Positions 9,846 to 19,151 of a DNA stretch of 64,000 bases are shown here, in pieces. How positions within the stretch are numbered: the first letter of the stretch is position 1; each line of letters starts with the position of its first letter. A program made the translations under genes and the position numbers. Source of the DNA: Dehalococcoidia bacterium (GTDB taxonomy: Bacteria; Chloroflexota; Dehalococcoidia; SZUA-161; SpSt-899); NCBI GenBank assembly GCA_028711995.1, contig JAQTRE010000003.1:543-64542 (forward strand). The letters are read 5' to 3'. The notes under the pieces were generated by a model that searched no databases, had not been told where the DNA came from, and saw only the letters and a list, made by a program, of their open reading frames with translations.

Positions 9846-10163
9846 TCATTCATTCTTTGTCCTTCCCTCCACCTCCGCCAGGATTGCCTGCATTTTTTGC
9901 TCCATCTCGGCCATCTCCTGGGTTAGCCTGAGGATCACCTCAACCCCGGCGAGGTTCACACCTAGATCATCAACCAACGTCTTTATGTGACGAAGCTTTT
10001 CGATATCACCGGGGGAATAAAGCCGCTGATTGCCGCGGGAACGGGACGGCTGAATGATCCCTTCCCGTTCGTAATATCGCAGCGTCTGCGCATGAACCCC
10101 GATCATCCTGGCTGCCACACTGATCACATAGCAAGGCTCCGCATCCTTCGATTTCATCTCCAT
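9846..10163 (-). CDS. hspR: HspR-like MerR-family heat-shock transcriptional repressor
   Basis: CYVISVAARMIGVHAQTLRYYEREGIIQPSRSRGNQRLYSPGDIEKLRHIKTLVDDLGVNLAGVEVIL matches the HspR signature (YxISVAA..G.H.QTLR.Y...G...P.R..GN.R.YS..D...L..I..L....G.NLAGV). It is the first gene of an operon with clpC, 16 nt apart. Confidence 0.8.
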   Translation of the reverse strand: MEMKSKDAEPCYVISVAARMIGVHAQTLRYYEREGIIQPSRSRGNQRLYSPGDIEKLRHIKTLVDDLGVNLAGVEVILRLTQEMAEMEQKMQAILAEVEGRTKNE

Positions 10164-10308
10164 ACTCCCAAACCAAAAAGACTTTGCGAAGTTATAACAA
10201 CCCTCTGATCAAATTGTAGTAAGGTGAAGATTACCCGTCAAGATTGCGATAAACTGATCATCATAATACCTGATAATGAGATTGAATGTTGAAAGATACA
10301 AAAGCAAC

Positions 10309-10340
10309 GGGGGATGACCTTTCGGCCATCCCCCGTTTTT
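10309..10340. terminator. Bidirectional intrinsic terminator-like hairpin downstream of hppA
   Basis: cgggggatgacctttcggccatcccccg followed by ttttt. 8-bp GC-rich stem (gggggatg/catccccc), T-tract on plus and T-rich tract on minus. Confidence 0.5.
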
Positions 10341-10363
10341 CGAGAGCTATGAACTCTGTGCGA

Positions 10364-12634
10364 CTACAGGAAGAGCGGAGCGAGCACCAGCGTAACCGTC
10401 GAGAGAAGTTTGACCAGAACGTGCAATGACGGACCGGCCGTGTCTTTGAACGGATCACCCACGGTATCGCCCACAACTGCCGCGCCGTGCGTCGGGTTCT
10501 TCATCTTCTTGCCCGAAGCGTCGGTGAGGTACTTGCCGCCCAGAGCGCCGGTCTCGATGTATTTCTTCGAGTTGTCCCAGGCTCCACCCGCATTGTTGAG
10601 GAAGAGCGCGGTAATAATACCGACGATGGTTCCTACCATAATTAGAGCGCCCACAGCCTCAGCAGCGATCAACGGGTGAGCATCATCCACATATATCTGC
10701 TTGAAGATAACGCCCACACCAACCGGTACACAAACGGCGAGAAGCCCAGGAACGATCATCTTGCGCAGGGCCGCCTTGGTAACGATATCCACGCATGTGC
10801 CATAGTCGGGTTTGAAGTCTTTGGGGAACTGAATCATGTCGTTCACCCTGGGCAGCGTGGCATATTGCCGGCGCACTTCAGCAATGATAGCCTGTGCTGC
10901 CTGACCCACTGCTCGAATAGCAAAGGCAGAAAACAGGTAAACCAGCGCCGCGCCAACGAGCGCGCCGATGAATACCTGTGGCTTAGCCAGGTCAATTGGG
11001 AACGGGGAATCAATCGGTAGACCAGCATAATTCCTGACCTCATCCATGTATGCCTGGAAGAGCAGGAACGCCGCCAGACCGGCCGAGCCGATGGCGTATC
11101 CCTTGGTGAGCGCCTTGGTGGTGTTGCCCACCGCATCCAGCCTGTCGGTCTTCGCGCGAATCTCTTCAGGCTGCTGGGACATCTCTACAATGCCGCCTGC
11201 GTTATCGGTGATGGGCCCGAAGGTATCCATCGCCAGGATATAAGCCGCGGTAGAGAGCATGCCCATGGTGGCCACTGCCGTTCCGAACAGTCCGGCATGA
11301 GGAAGACCGCAGGTGTTTCCCAATTGATAGGATCCCAGCAGGGCTGCCGCCATGAAACAGACGGGTAAGGCCACGCACTCAAAACCCACCCCGATACCGG
11401 CGATGATATTGGTTGCCGGACCGGTGACTGAGGCCTCGGCTATGCTCTTGACAGGCCGATACTTGTATTCCGTGTAATACTGGGTAACGTACACAAAAGC
11501 CACCGAGGTAACTACGCCGATGACTCCGCAAAGGTAGAAATGCCACCAGGCATCAGTAGCCTGAGTCACCCCCGTAATAGGGTCAACAAACTTGGCATCC
11601 AGCAGCCAGTAGGAGGCCGCACCGAACCCCACCATCGCCAGCGCAACGGCGACGTAATATCCTCTGTTCAGGACTTGCATCGGATCCATCTTCTCTTCCT
11701 TATCCATATGGACATACATGATGCCGATGACGGAAGCGATGATTCCGAAGGCACGGGCAATCAGCGGGAACATCAGAACGCCGATGATCCCTTCGCGGAA
11801 CTCAAAACCCTGTTGAATCGCGATTTGAGCCAAGCTTGCAGCCAGGATCATGGCACCGATGTTTTCCGCGGCAGTCGATTCAAACAGGTCGGCGCCACGG
11901 CCAGCGCAGTCGCCCACGTTATCGCCCACCAGATCGGCGATAACCGCCGGATTCCTGGGGTCATCCTCCGGAATACCGGCTTCCACCTTGCCGACGAGGT
12001 CAGCGCCTACATCAGCGGCTTTGGTATAGATACCGCCGCCCAGCTGGGCAAACAAAGCCACGAACGACGCGCCAAAGCCGTAGCCAATGATCAGAAGCGG
12101 TATCTGAGTCTCCTTAACATCGGTCACCAGACTTACCAGTCCAAAAAGGCCGGCCACTCCCAAGAGGCTCATGCAGGTGACGAGCAACCCCGAAACCGCA
12201 CCACCTCGGAGGGCGACGCGAAGCGCATCATTGAGGCTGGTAAGGGCCGCATTGGCAGCCCGTATATTGCTTCGGATGGAAATCCACATCCCTACATAAC
12301 CCGCAATGACCGAGCAGATCGCGCCGAAAACAAACGACACGGTGATCCACATCGCCATTTCCCAGCCTTCATTAACAGGGTCAAAGTCCTTAGAACCACG
12401 CACAAATGCGTAATAGCAGAACAACAAAACCGCCAGCACAACCGCCATCATGGCAATTGTCTTGTTCTGGCGGCGGAGGAAGGCTTCCGCACCTTCCTTG
12501 ATGGCATTGGAGATTTTTAGCATCTCCTCGCTTCCGGTGTCGTGCTTGAGAACCCATTTTGCCAGGTACACGGCACACAACAGTCCGAAGACGCTGATGC
12601 CCAGAACCATGGCTATAAAATGTTCAGTCTCCAT
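10364..12634 (-). CDS. hppA: Membrane-bound proton/sodium-translocating pyrophosphatase (H+-PPase/V-PPase)
   Basis: About 750-aa polytopic membrane protein. Diagnostic motifs GGIYTKAADVGADLVGKVE and DLVGDNVGDCAGRGADLFES, and a C-terminal DNAGG-like region. Confidence 0.9.
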   Translation of the reverse strand: METEHFIAMVLGISVFGLLCAVYLAKWVLKHDTGSEEMLKISNAIKEGAEAFLRRQNKTIAMMAVVLAVLLFCYYAFVRGSKDFDPVNEGWEMAMWITVSFVFGAICSVIAGYVGMWISIRSNIRAANAALTSLNDALRVALRGGAVSGLLVTCMSLLGVAGLFGLVSLVTDVKETQIPLLIIGYGFGASFVALFAQLGGGIYTKAADVGADLVGKVEAGIPEDDPRNPAVIADLVGDNVGDCAGRGADLFESTAAENIGAMILAASLAQIAIQQGFEFREGIIGVLMFPLIARAFGIIASVIGIMYVHMDKEEKMDPMQVLNRGYYVAVALAMVGFGAASYWLLDAKFVDPITGVTQATDAWWHFYLCGVIGVVTSVAFVYVTQYYTEYKYRPVKSIAEASVTGPATNIIAGIGVGFECVALPVCFMAAALLGSYQLGNTCGLPHAGLFGTAVATMGMLSTAAYILAMDTFGPITDNAGGIVEMSQQPEEIRAKTDRLDAVGNTTKALTKGYAIGSAGLAAFLLFQAYMDEVRNYAGLPIDSPFPIDLAKPQVFIGALVGAALVYLFSAFAIRAVGQAAQAIIAEVRRQYATLPRVNDMIQFPKDFKPDYGTCVDIVTKAALRKMIVPGLLAVCVPVGVGVIFKQIYVDDAHPLIAAEAVGALIMVGTIVGIITALFLNNAGGAWDNSKKYIETGALGGKYLTDASGKKMKNPTHGAAVVGDTVGDPFKDTAGPSLHVLVKLLSTVTLVLAPLFL

Positions 12635-12791
12635 TTACACCTCCTCTTTTATTCGCGTCCGTGAGAATTGAACTGCCGTTTTTTCATCGGTGATGCTCTT
12701 CTTGCATTCTTGGATCCGGCACCTCCCTTTCTGCCAACTCATAGAGGCGGCTCGATCCCCCTTTTATCGACTAACTGTCCTTTTCATAAAA

Positions 12792-12819
12792 ATAGGGGCA
12801 ATGTTACCATTGCCCCTAT
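12792..12819. other. Perfect 12-bp-stem palindrome in the hppA upstream region
   Basis: ataggggcaatgttaccattgcccctat. On the minus strand it is followed by ttttatg, so it is terminator-like and would insulate the hppA promoter from transcription entering from the 12.8-14.2 kb gap. Confidence 0.35.
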
Positions 12820-13082
12820 CGGAAGTCGATGGAGGGACATACCAACTCCGTGTTCATTAGATTTGATCTGAAGACCTTACCGCCCTCTTGACGCATGACC
12901 GAACCAAGTATAGCGAAGATCATGATGTTCTGCAATAGGTTATGAAAACCCCTAATCAGTGGATTCAGATGGATTTCCCCCATCACAAACTGGGGAATTC
13001 TCCCAGCAAAGTTTATTGCCAGCCCGAAGCCTGACAGCTATTGTGGTTAATTACCTTCATCTATTAGGGCGCACAACTGTTA

Positions 13083-13335
13083 TGAACACGAATACGAAAA
13101 CAAAAGAGGCCGAGCGCAACTATTAATCTTCAGCCTAGCCAATGAATCCTTCGGAGTCGATATCGGCACGGTCAATGAAATCATCCGAATGCAGGATATC
13201 ACCCGGGTGCCCAGAGCGCCGAATTTTGTCCAAGGGTCATCAATCTCAGAGACAAGGTCATCCCGGTGGTGGACCTGAGCAGAGTCTTCAGTCAAGACCA
13301 GGCCAAAGACCTCGTAGATGCTGAGCTGACCTTGA
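13083..13335 (+). pseudogene. Decayed partial duplicate of cheW (5' end fused to 3' end, in-frame stop and frameshift, degraded RBS)
   Basis: 13083-13260 is near-identical to cheW 16430-16610 (atgaacacgaataccaaaacaaaagaagccgagcgc...ggcacggtcaatgaaatcatccg.atgcaggatatc.cccg.gtgcccagagcgcc.aattttgtccaagg) but carries TAA (caactattaatc versus caactggtgatc) and a 1-nt deletion. After about 13268 it joins sequence homologous to the cheW 3' end (ctgagca..gt.tt.agc..aga.caggccaaag.cctcg). The upstream attagggaggagg RBS of the intact copy is degraded to attagggcgcaca. Confidence 0.7.
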
Positions 13336-14284
13336 TGAAATCGATCTTCCGACAGGGGGTTGGAATACCTCTGTCGGAAGGCTTTATCCCCTGAATCCTC
13401 TTTTGAATCAAGCCTCCGATTGCAATATGTTCAAATATCCCCATGGGATGCACATGATGCAGCCATACTGAACAATTTCCCTATCGCAAACTGGGGGATA
13501 CCCTCAGTAAATTTTGTTGCTGGCCCTGTTTTAGAGGACTGCCCCGTCTGGTAAATTAGCTCAGAGGCGACTTTCGAGGACTGACTTAGGGAGTCCCTCC
13601 TTACAATTTCATAGAGAGCCTGGCCGTTATTCTGTTTCACTATTGAGCGGCTGGGAATATCCGAGAAAGGCAAATCAGGAGAAATCCTGAGACGCAAAGC
13701 CACGGGCCTGACGTCCAACCAGGACAAGGCAGCCGGGTTGCCGAAGATCCTCAATCGTGGTGGGGTTTGCACAACTTCTGTCAGGGTGCAAATTCGCACA
13801 GATGCGATCACTAGAGAATGCGCCGAGGCGGTGGGATGCAGGGAAAAGGCCGAAAGGAATTGGCGAAACGATGAGGACGGGACAACTTGGACTATCATAA
13901 GCAGGCATACGGATATCCTGGAAGCGTAAAACCCTCATATGAAAGGATTGGTTCGGATTGGCTTCTCCACCGCAACCGACCAGAGCCAACGAGCCAGAAG
14001 GGAAACAGGCCAATACCCTCAAGGCCTCTATCTGGACGGATACTGACGCCCGTTCGCAGCACAACCCGCAATTCACCTGCGCTGATGATAAACATCCCGG
14101 TCATACCTGAATTGACGGTTGTGAGACCTTGATTTTCCTCAAAGCTCGATCACTGTCTCTTCAAACACAAATTCAAAAAATAAAAAAGGGGGAGAGAAGG
14201 ATAAATCGAAAACTGAGAAGACAAAGCCAACAAATGAGTATTCCCCGGCAACAAAACTATCTTGTGTAAAGGAGGACAAACGGA

Positions 14285-16316
14285 AGTGAAAAAGTTAACA
14301 ACCATGCGAATGAGCATAAGGGCTAAACTCCTGGGCGGGTTCATGCTAGTGGTCATCCTATTGCTGGCCGTGTTCGGCATCGCCTATACCGGACTCAGCG
14401 ACATGGGAGATAAGAAAGACGAGGTCGTCAAGCAAAGCGAGATTGAAAGCCATCTGCAAAATATGGAGTACCACGCAGTTACGAGGTACTACATGGTCAA
14501 AGATTGGGTCGCTAGCATAGGCGGCCCCCAAGAAGAGACATATTTCCAGAAAGCGGAGGCAATCAAACAAAACTACTATACCGAAGCTGATACGTTACGA
14601 GGCTTATTGCCTGTCGATCAGGTTGCCGTGCTTGAAGATATCGTCAAATACGGCGAGGCGATCATCACCATTACGGGCAATACTGAGGGCCAAATGGACT
14701 TGGCTGCCATGATGGAAAGCAACAAAGCCTCCCAAGCTGCCAAGGCGGCCCTAAAAGGGAGTGCGACCGAGGCGATGCTGGCAGCCCAGAAGAGCGCCGA
14801 TGATGCCAAAACGTCGGCCATCATCATGACCTCGATCATGGCAGGCATCGCCGTAGCGCTGGCTCTTGTTATCGGATTTCTCATCTCGCGCTCCATCGCC
14901 AACAACACCAAGAAGGTGGTTCAGGCTGCCGACCAAATTGCCGATACCGACCTGGCAGCTCTGGCCAGCGCCACTGCGGCCATGTCAGAGGGTGACCTGA
15001 CCCGGTCGGTCGCCGTGCAAACCCAGCCCATAGCCGTAAAATCCAATGACGAACTGGGCGATCTGGCCAATTCCTTCAACCGAATGATCGCCCGTCTCCA
15101 TGAAACCGGCCAGTCCTTCTCCCTGATGACCACCAAGATGAGCGGCCTCATCGGCAAGGTGGCCGAAAACTCGGTGCAACTGAGCTCGGCCAGCGACCAA
15201 CTGGCTTCATCGGCTGAACAAGCTGGTTCCGCCACCCAGCAGGTGGCCAGCACTACCCAGCAGATGGCCAAGGGTGCGGGGGATCAGGCCGTCAGCACTC
15301 AGGAAACCGCCAAAGCCGTTGACCAGCTCACCGAAGTCATCTCACAAATCGCCAAGGGGGCTCAGGATCAGGCCAGCGGTGTCGAGAAAGCCACTTCCGC
15401 TATCGGTGAAGTCTCCACATCCGCTCAGCAAATGGCCAAGAACGCTCTCGGCGCCGCCGATAGCGCCAAGAAGGCCGCCCAGACCGCCAAGACCGGCACC
15501 GAGGTCACCAGGAAGACCGTCGAAGGCATCGAGCGCGTCAGGGATAGCTCACTGGCCGTCTTCCAGAAGATCTCCGAGATGAACAAGAACTCCGAGCAGA
15601 TCGGCAGAATCGTGGCGGTGATTGACGACATCGCCGCCCAGACCAACCTCCTGGCTCTCAATGCCGCCATCGAGGCGGCCCGGGCAGGCGAACACGGCAG
15701 AGGATTTGCGGTAGTTGCCGACGAGGTCAGAAAGCTTGCCGAGCGTTCCTCCACTGCCACCAAGGAGATCGCCGCTCTCATCACCGGCATCCAGAGCAAC
15801 ATCGGAGAGTCCGCCAAAGCCATGGAACAGGGGCAGCATGAAGTAGACGAAGGATGCAAGCTCGCTACCCAGTCCGGCAAGGCCCTGGAAGAGATCCTCA
15901 GAGAGGCCACCGAAGCCGCCAATCAGATCGAGCAGATATCCAGAGGAGCTCAGCAAGTGAGCAACTCCACCAATGATCTGGTCAGTATCATCGATAGCGT
16001 CGGGGCAGTGACGGAACAGAGCATGGCCGCCACCGAACAGATGACCGCTAACGCTCAACAAGTGGCCAATGCCATCGAGAACGTCGCTGGTATCGCCGAA
16101 GAGAACAGCGCGGCCACCCAGGAGACATCGGCTTCCGCCGAAGAGATGAGTTCCCAGGTCGAGGAGATCGTCGCCGCCTCCCTTTCTCTCAAGCAAATGG
16201 CCGAGGAACTTCAGACCACCGTATCCGTGTTCAAGACCAATGGCCACGGCGCTCACAAAGATTTGGCCGGAAGCGAGACGCTGTCGGTTAACGAGAAGGT
16301 GTTAGTCCGAAATTAA
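14285..16316 (+). CDS. Methyl-accepting chemotaxis protein (2 TM helices, periplasmic sensor domain, HAMP, MCP signalling domain)
   Basis: TM1 [20 protein letters not shown], periplasmic region of about 150 aa, TM2 [26 protein letters not shown] (..[18 protein letters not shown]). Highly conserved MCP hairpin ..[42 protein letters not shown]. Perfect AAGGAGG RBS 10 nt before GTG 14285. Alternative starts are ATG 14262 or ATG 14304. Confidence 0.85.
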
Positions 16317-16429
16317 GGCAAAGTTTGGGGGAAGGGGAATCAAGATTCCCCTTCCCCGCATTCACAAGCCCCGATACTGACAAATATCGCTTGATACCCA
16401 TCATCAATTAGGGAGGAGGACGACTGTTT

Positions 16430-16954
16430 ATGAACACGAATACCAAAACAAAAGAAGCCGAGCGCCAACTGGTGATCTTCAGCCTGGCCAATGAATCCTA
16501 CGGAGTCGATATCGGCACGGTCAATGAAATCATCCGCATGCAGGATATCTCCCGAGTGCCCAGAGCGCCCAATTTTGTCCAAGGGGTCATCAATCTCAGA
16601 GGCAAGGTCATCCCCGTGGTGGATCTGCGCAAGGTTTTCTGCCTTCCTGCCGGGGAGACCTCCAAGGAGACCCGAATCGTGGTGGTAGACATTCTGGAGC
16701 AACAGGTCGGCATTATGGTTGATGCCGTAACAGAAGTGCTGCGCATCTCTGCCGATTCTGTGGAGCCTCCGGCATCGATGATCACCACCGGCGATGCCGA
16801 TTATCTCCTCGGAATCGCCAAGCTCGATCACAAGCTCATCACCCTGCTCGACCTGAGCAAGGTGTTTAGCCGAGATCAGGCCAAAGGCCTCGAGGAAGTT
16901 GACCTCACCCAAACCGAGAAAACCGCCCATAAAATGACCCTAGCTAGAGCTTAA
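16430..16954 (+). CDS. cheW: Chemotaxis coupling protein CheW
   Basis: QLVIFSLANESYGVDIGTVNEIIRMQDISRVPRAPNFVQGVINLRGKVIPVVDLRKVF is a canonical CheW domain. GGAGGAGG RBS. No cheA, cheY, cheB or cheR in the window. Confidence 0.9.
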   Translation: MNTNTKTKEAERQLVIFSLANESYGVDIGTVNEIIRMQDISRVPRAPNFVQGVINLRGKVIPVVDLRKVFCLPAGETSKETRIVVVDILEQQVGIMVDAVTEVLRISADSVEPPASMITTGDADYLLGIAKLDHKLITLLDLSKVFSRDQAKGLEEVDLTQTEKTAHKMTLARA

Positions 16955-16965
16955 AGATAGTTTAT

Positions 16966-17008
16966 GGAGGAAGGAGATCGCAAAGCGATCTCCTTCCTCC
17001 AGCTTTTA
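16966..17008. terminator. Bidirectional rho-independent terminator between cheW and the translin-like gene
   Basis: ggaggaaggagatcgcaaagcgatctccttcctcc followed by agcttttatc. 16-bp perfect stem. Confidence 0.65.
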
Positions 17009-17033
17009 TCGGGGGAGTCTAATCGCGGGACAG

Positions 17034-17684
17034 CTATCCTGGTGACGAGATGCTCTTATTGAAATTGTCCAGCTTGATTTCCAGTTCCCTCTGCCTCAGC
17101 GCCACGGTCAGATCGCCCCGGCTTCTCTCCAGAACCCCCCTTACCATGTCGGTGGTCCTTCGAAGTCCACCGGTCATCGCATCCGGAAAATCCATGGTCA
17201 CCAGCATACTGAAGATGTCATCCATCATCCCCAGTATATCCTCGCAGCGATCCAGCTCGCCGTGCCTCATCACATCCAGGATATGACGTCTGAGTTCTCC
17301 CGCCGCCTCACCCAGACCATTCAGATAAGAGGAATACTCCACACCCAGGTCATCGGGATCAGGGATATTCCCTCCCGAAACCAGTGCCAGCGTGATGCAA
17401 GCCTCAGCGTATTCCTTGTGAGAATCATGAACGAATCCAGTGTATCGCAGCTCGTCCTGATCCTTGATGGCCTGGCCCACATCATCGATGATCTCCTTGG
17501 CAGCCTGGGCTAACGACTTGGCCAGTTCGTATTCGCCACGATGGGCCGCCCTGATCGAAGTGGAGCACTTATAGATTGCCTCTCGCGAAAGCTTAATCGC
17601 CTTATCTCGCGCCTCATGCTTGGCGGCAAACGATCCCCTGATCCTGTCTCCGATCTTCTCCAAAGCTGGACTAATCCTGCTCAT
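17034..17684 (-). CDS. Translin-family protein (COG2178-like, predicted nucleic-acid binding), tentative
   Basis: All-alpha protein of about 215 aa. It contains the Translin/TRAX signature region VEYSSYLNGLGEAAGELRRHILDVMRHGELD (compare TRAX YLLGVADLTGELMR...GDxD). Overlaps the thiE 3' end by 14 nt, so it is probably in the same operon. Confidence 0.5.
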   Translation of the reverse strand: MSRISPALEKIGDRIRGSFAAKHEARDKAIKLSREAIYKCSTSIRAAHRGEYELAKSLAQAAKEIIDDVGQAIKDQDELRYTGFVHDSHKEYAEACITLALVSGGNIPDPDDLGVEYSSYLNGLGEAAGELRRHILDVMRHGELDRCEDILGMMDDIFSMLVTMDFPDAMTGGLRRTTDMVRGVLERSRGDLTVALRQRELEIKLDNFNKSISSPG

Positions 17685-18732
17685 TGTTTTTCCCTCCGGC
17701 CATTTTTGAGGCCAGCACCCGGGTTGATTTCTCTATATCACCCTTCAAAATTGCACTGATCGCAGCTACGGCATCTGCTCCCGACTTAATGACCTCACCT
17801 GCATTGTTCTGATCAATACCTCCCAGCGCCACAATCGGCAGAGAAACTGCAGCCCTTATCTTTCGCAGACCCTCCAAGCCAACCACACCGGCATCCGGCT
17901 TGGTAGCCGTGGGATATATAGCCCCCACACCAAGATAGTCGGCCCCTTCCGCTTCAGCTTTGCGAGCCTGCTTGACGGTATTTGCCGAACACCCGATGAT
18001 CTTGTCCAGCGGCAAAATCCCCCTCACCACCATCAGGGGGAGGTCGGTCTGACCAACATGAACCCCGTCCGCATCCACCGCCAGCGCAAGATCCACATAG
18101 TCATTGATGATGAAAAGAACCTGCGCCTGGGCACAAATCCGCTTTAACTCCCGGGCGATGGGCACAAGCTCTCCCCTGGGCCGATCTTTATCACGAAATT
18201 GAATTACGCTGGCTCCCCCCTCAATCACCTGACGAGCGGCTTCAGCCTCGCTGACCCGCCCTGCCAGCACCTGGGGATCGATGATGGCATAAAGGCCGGA
18301 TAATTTCTCCATCATGGCATGCCTTGCCAGGCGGAGGAAAAGGCCCTTTTCTATTTCATAGAGGCTGAACCTGGCTTTCTCAAATTCCCGCCCTGCCAGA
18401 TCCGAAGGCATCTCCGGCAACTTGACGACTTCTTCCAGAACGCGCAACGCTTCCTGTGCCCGCTTGGAGTTGGCGGCAACCAGGTCGCTCACTTTCTCCC
18501 GGCTGCTGCCGGAAGAGACGACAATATCACGCCCAACATCGCCCTCCGAGTCTCTCGCAGCCAGTAGCCTGCTGTGAGTTTCCGGGGAGATTACCAGCAG
18601 ATCGTGGCGCATGTTTTTGAGCTTCTCGCTCATTTTGACATCATCCAGCATGAAACGGGCGATCTCCTCCAGAACCCGGAGCCCCTCACCCAGGCGATTC
18701 AGGTTGGCATCGACAATTCGCAACATCTGCAA
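17671..18732 (-). CDS. thiE: Thiamine-phosphate synthase (ThiE) with an N-terminal extension domain of about 150 aa
   Basis: C-terminal 200 aa have the ThiE motifs LYAIIDP..., VIQFRDKD, HVGQTDLP, IGCSANTVKQARKAEAEGADYLGVGAIYPTATK, LPIVALGGI. The N-terminal extension (MQMLRIVDANLNRLGEGLRVLEEIARF...) is seen fused to ThiE in some lineages. Confidence 0.8.
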   Translation of the reverse strand: MQMLRIVDANLNRLGEGLRVLEEIARFMLDDVKMSEKLKNMRHDLLVISPETHSRLLAARDSEGDVGRDIVVSSGSSREKVSDLVAANSKRAQEALRVLEEVVKLPEMPSDLAGREFEKARFSLYEIEKGLFLRLARHAMMEKLSGLYAIIDPQVLAGRVSEAEAARQVIEGGASVIQFRDKDRPRGELVPIARELKRICAQAQVLFIINDYVDLALAVDADGVHVGQTDLPLMVVRGILPLDKIIGCSANTVKQARKAEAEGADYLGVGAIYPTATKPDAGVVGLEGLRKIRAAVSLPIVALGGIDQNNAGEVIKSGADAVAAISAILKGDIEKSTRVLASKMAGGKNNEQD

Positions 18733-18737
18733 GATAT

Positions 18738-19151
18738 CTATAGCTCCTTAACGTTCGGCTGCAGGTCCTTCACCGAATCCGGAAGATCGCCTTCTCTGGC
18801 GGCATCAATCATGCCCCGGATTTCGGAGGGCATCTCCATACCCATTTGAGCGAATTTATCCTCAACCCCTCTCCCGATATTGCGGGGGTCATTGTAATAA
18901 TCCGGATTGCCATACATCCCGGTCGCGCCGGATCGCTCGTGGACACTCTTAACCGATCTGCTGATGCCAAAGCTGGATACGAGGCGGACAAGCTCCCCAC
19001 TTCCGCACGAAGGGCACCGCGTATCGATCGGGGAAGATACGCTCCTCACAAAAATTGTAGCCTTCCGGCGGCAATCCTGACAGCGAAACTCGTAGATGGG
19101 CATGACGCTATTCCTCACCGCCTCCAAGTTCTCCATAAGTAGCCTTGGCAT
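18738..19151 (-). CDS. FmdB-family zinc-ribbon protein (putative regulatory)
   Basis: MPIYEFRCQDCRRKATIFVRSVSSPIDTRCPSCGSGEL is the FmdB CxxC...CxxC N-terminal motif. Confidence 0.6.
   Translation of the reverse strand: MPRLLMENLEAVRNSVMPIYEFRCQDCRRKATIFVRSVSSPIDTRCPSCGSGELVRLVSSFGISRSVKSVHERSGATGMYGNPDYYNDPRNIGRGVEDKFAQMGMEMPSEIRGMIDAAREGDLPDSVKDLQPNVKEL

Noticed and set aside
11540-12520. 326-aa ORF antisense to hppA
   Set aside because: Shadow ORF. Translation is low-complexity (R/H/D-rich), and the minus strand encodes a membrane pyrophosphatase with all diagnostic motifs.
13431-14132. ORFs of 60-155 aa in the 1.6-kb gap (13431-13898, 13675-14076, 13887-14132)
   Set aside because: They overlap one another, have low-complexity S/R/P-rich translations and no RBS. 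The region is better explained as decayed or non-coding DNA (see finding). I tested by eye for RNase P RNA P4 motifs (GGAAAGTCCGGGC / ACAGAACCCGGCTTA); only a 9-nt partial match was present, so no RNA gene is called.
15549-16256. 235-aa ORF antisense to the MCP gene (and others at 14921-15922)
   Set aside because: Shadow ORFs opposite the Ala-rich MCP signalling domain. Gly/Leu-rich and repetitive, with no start context.
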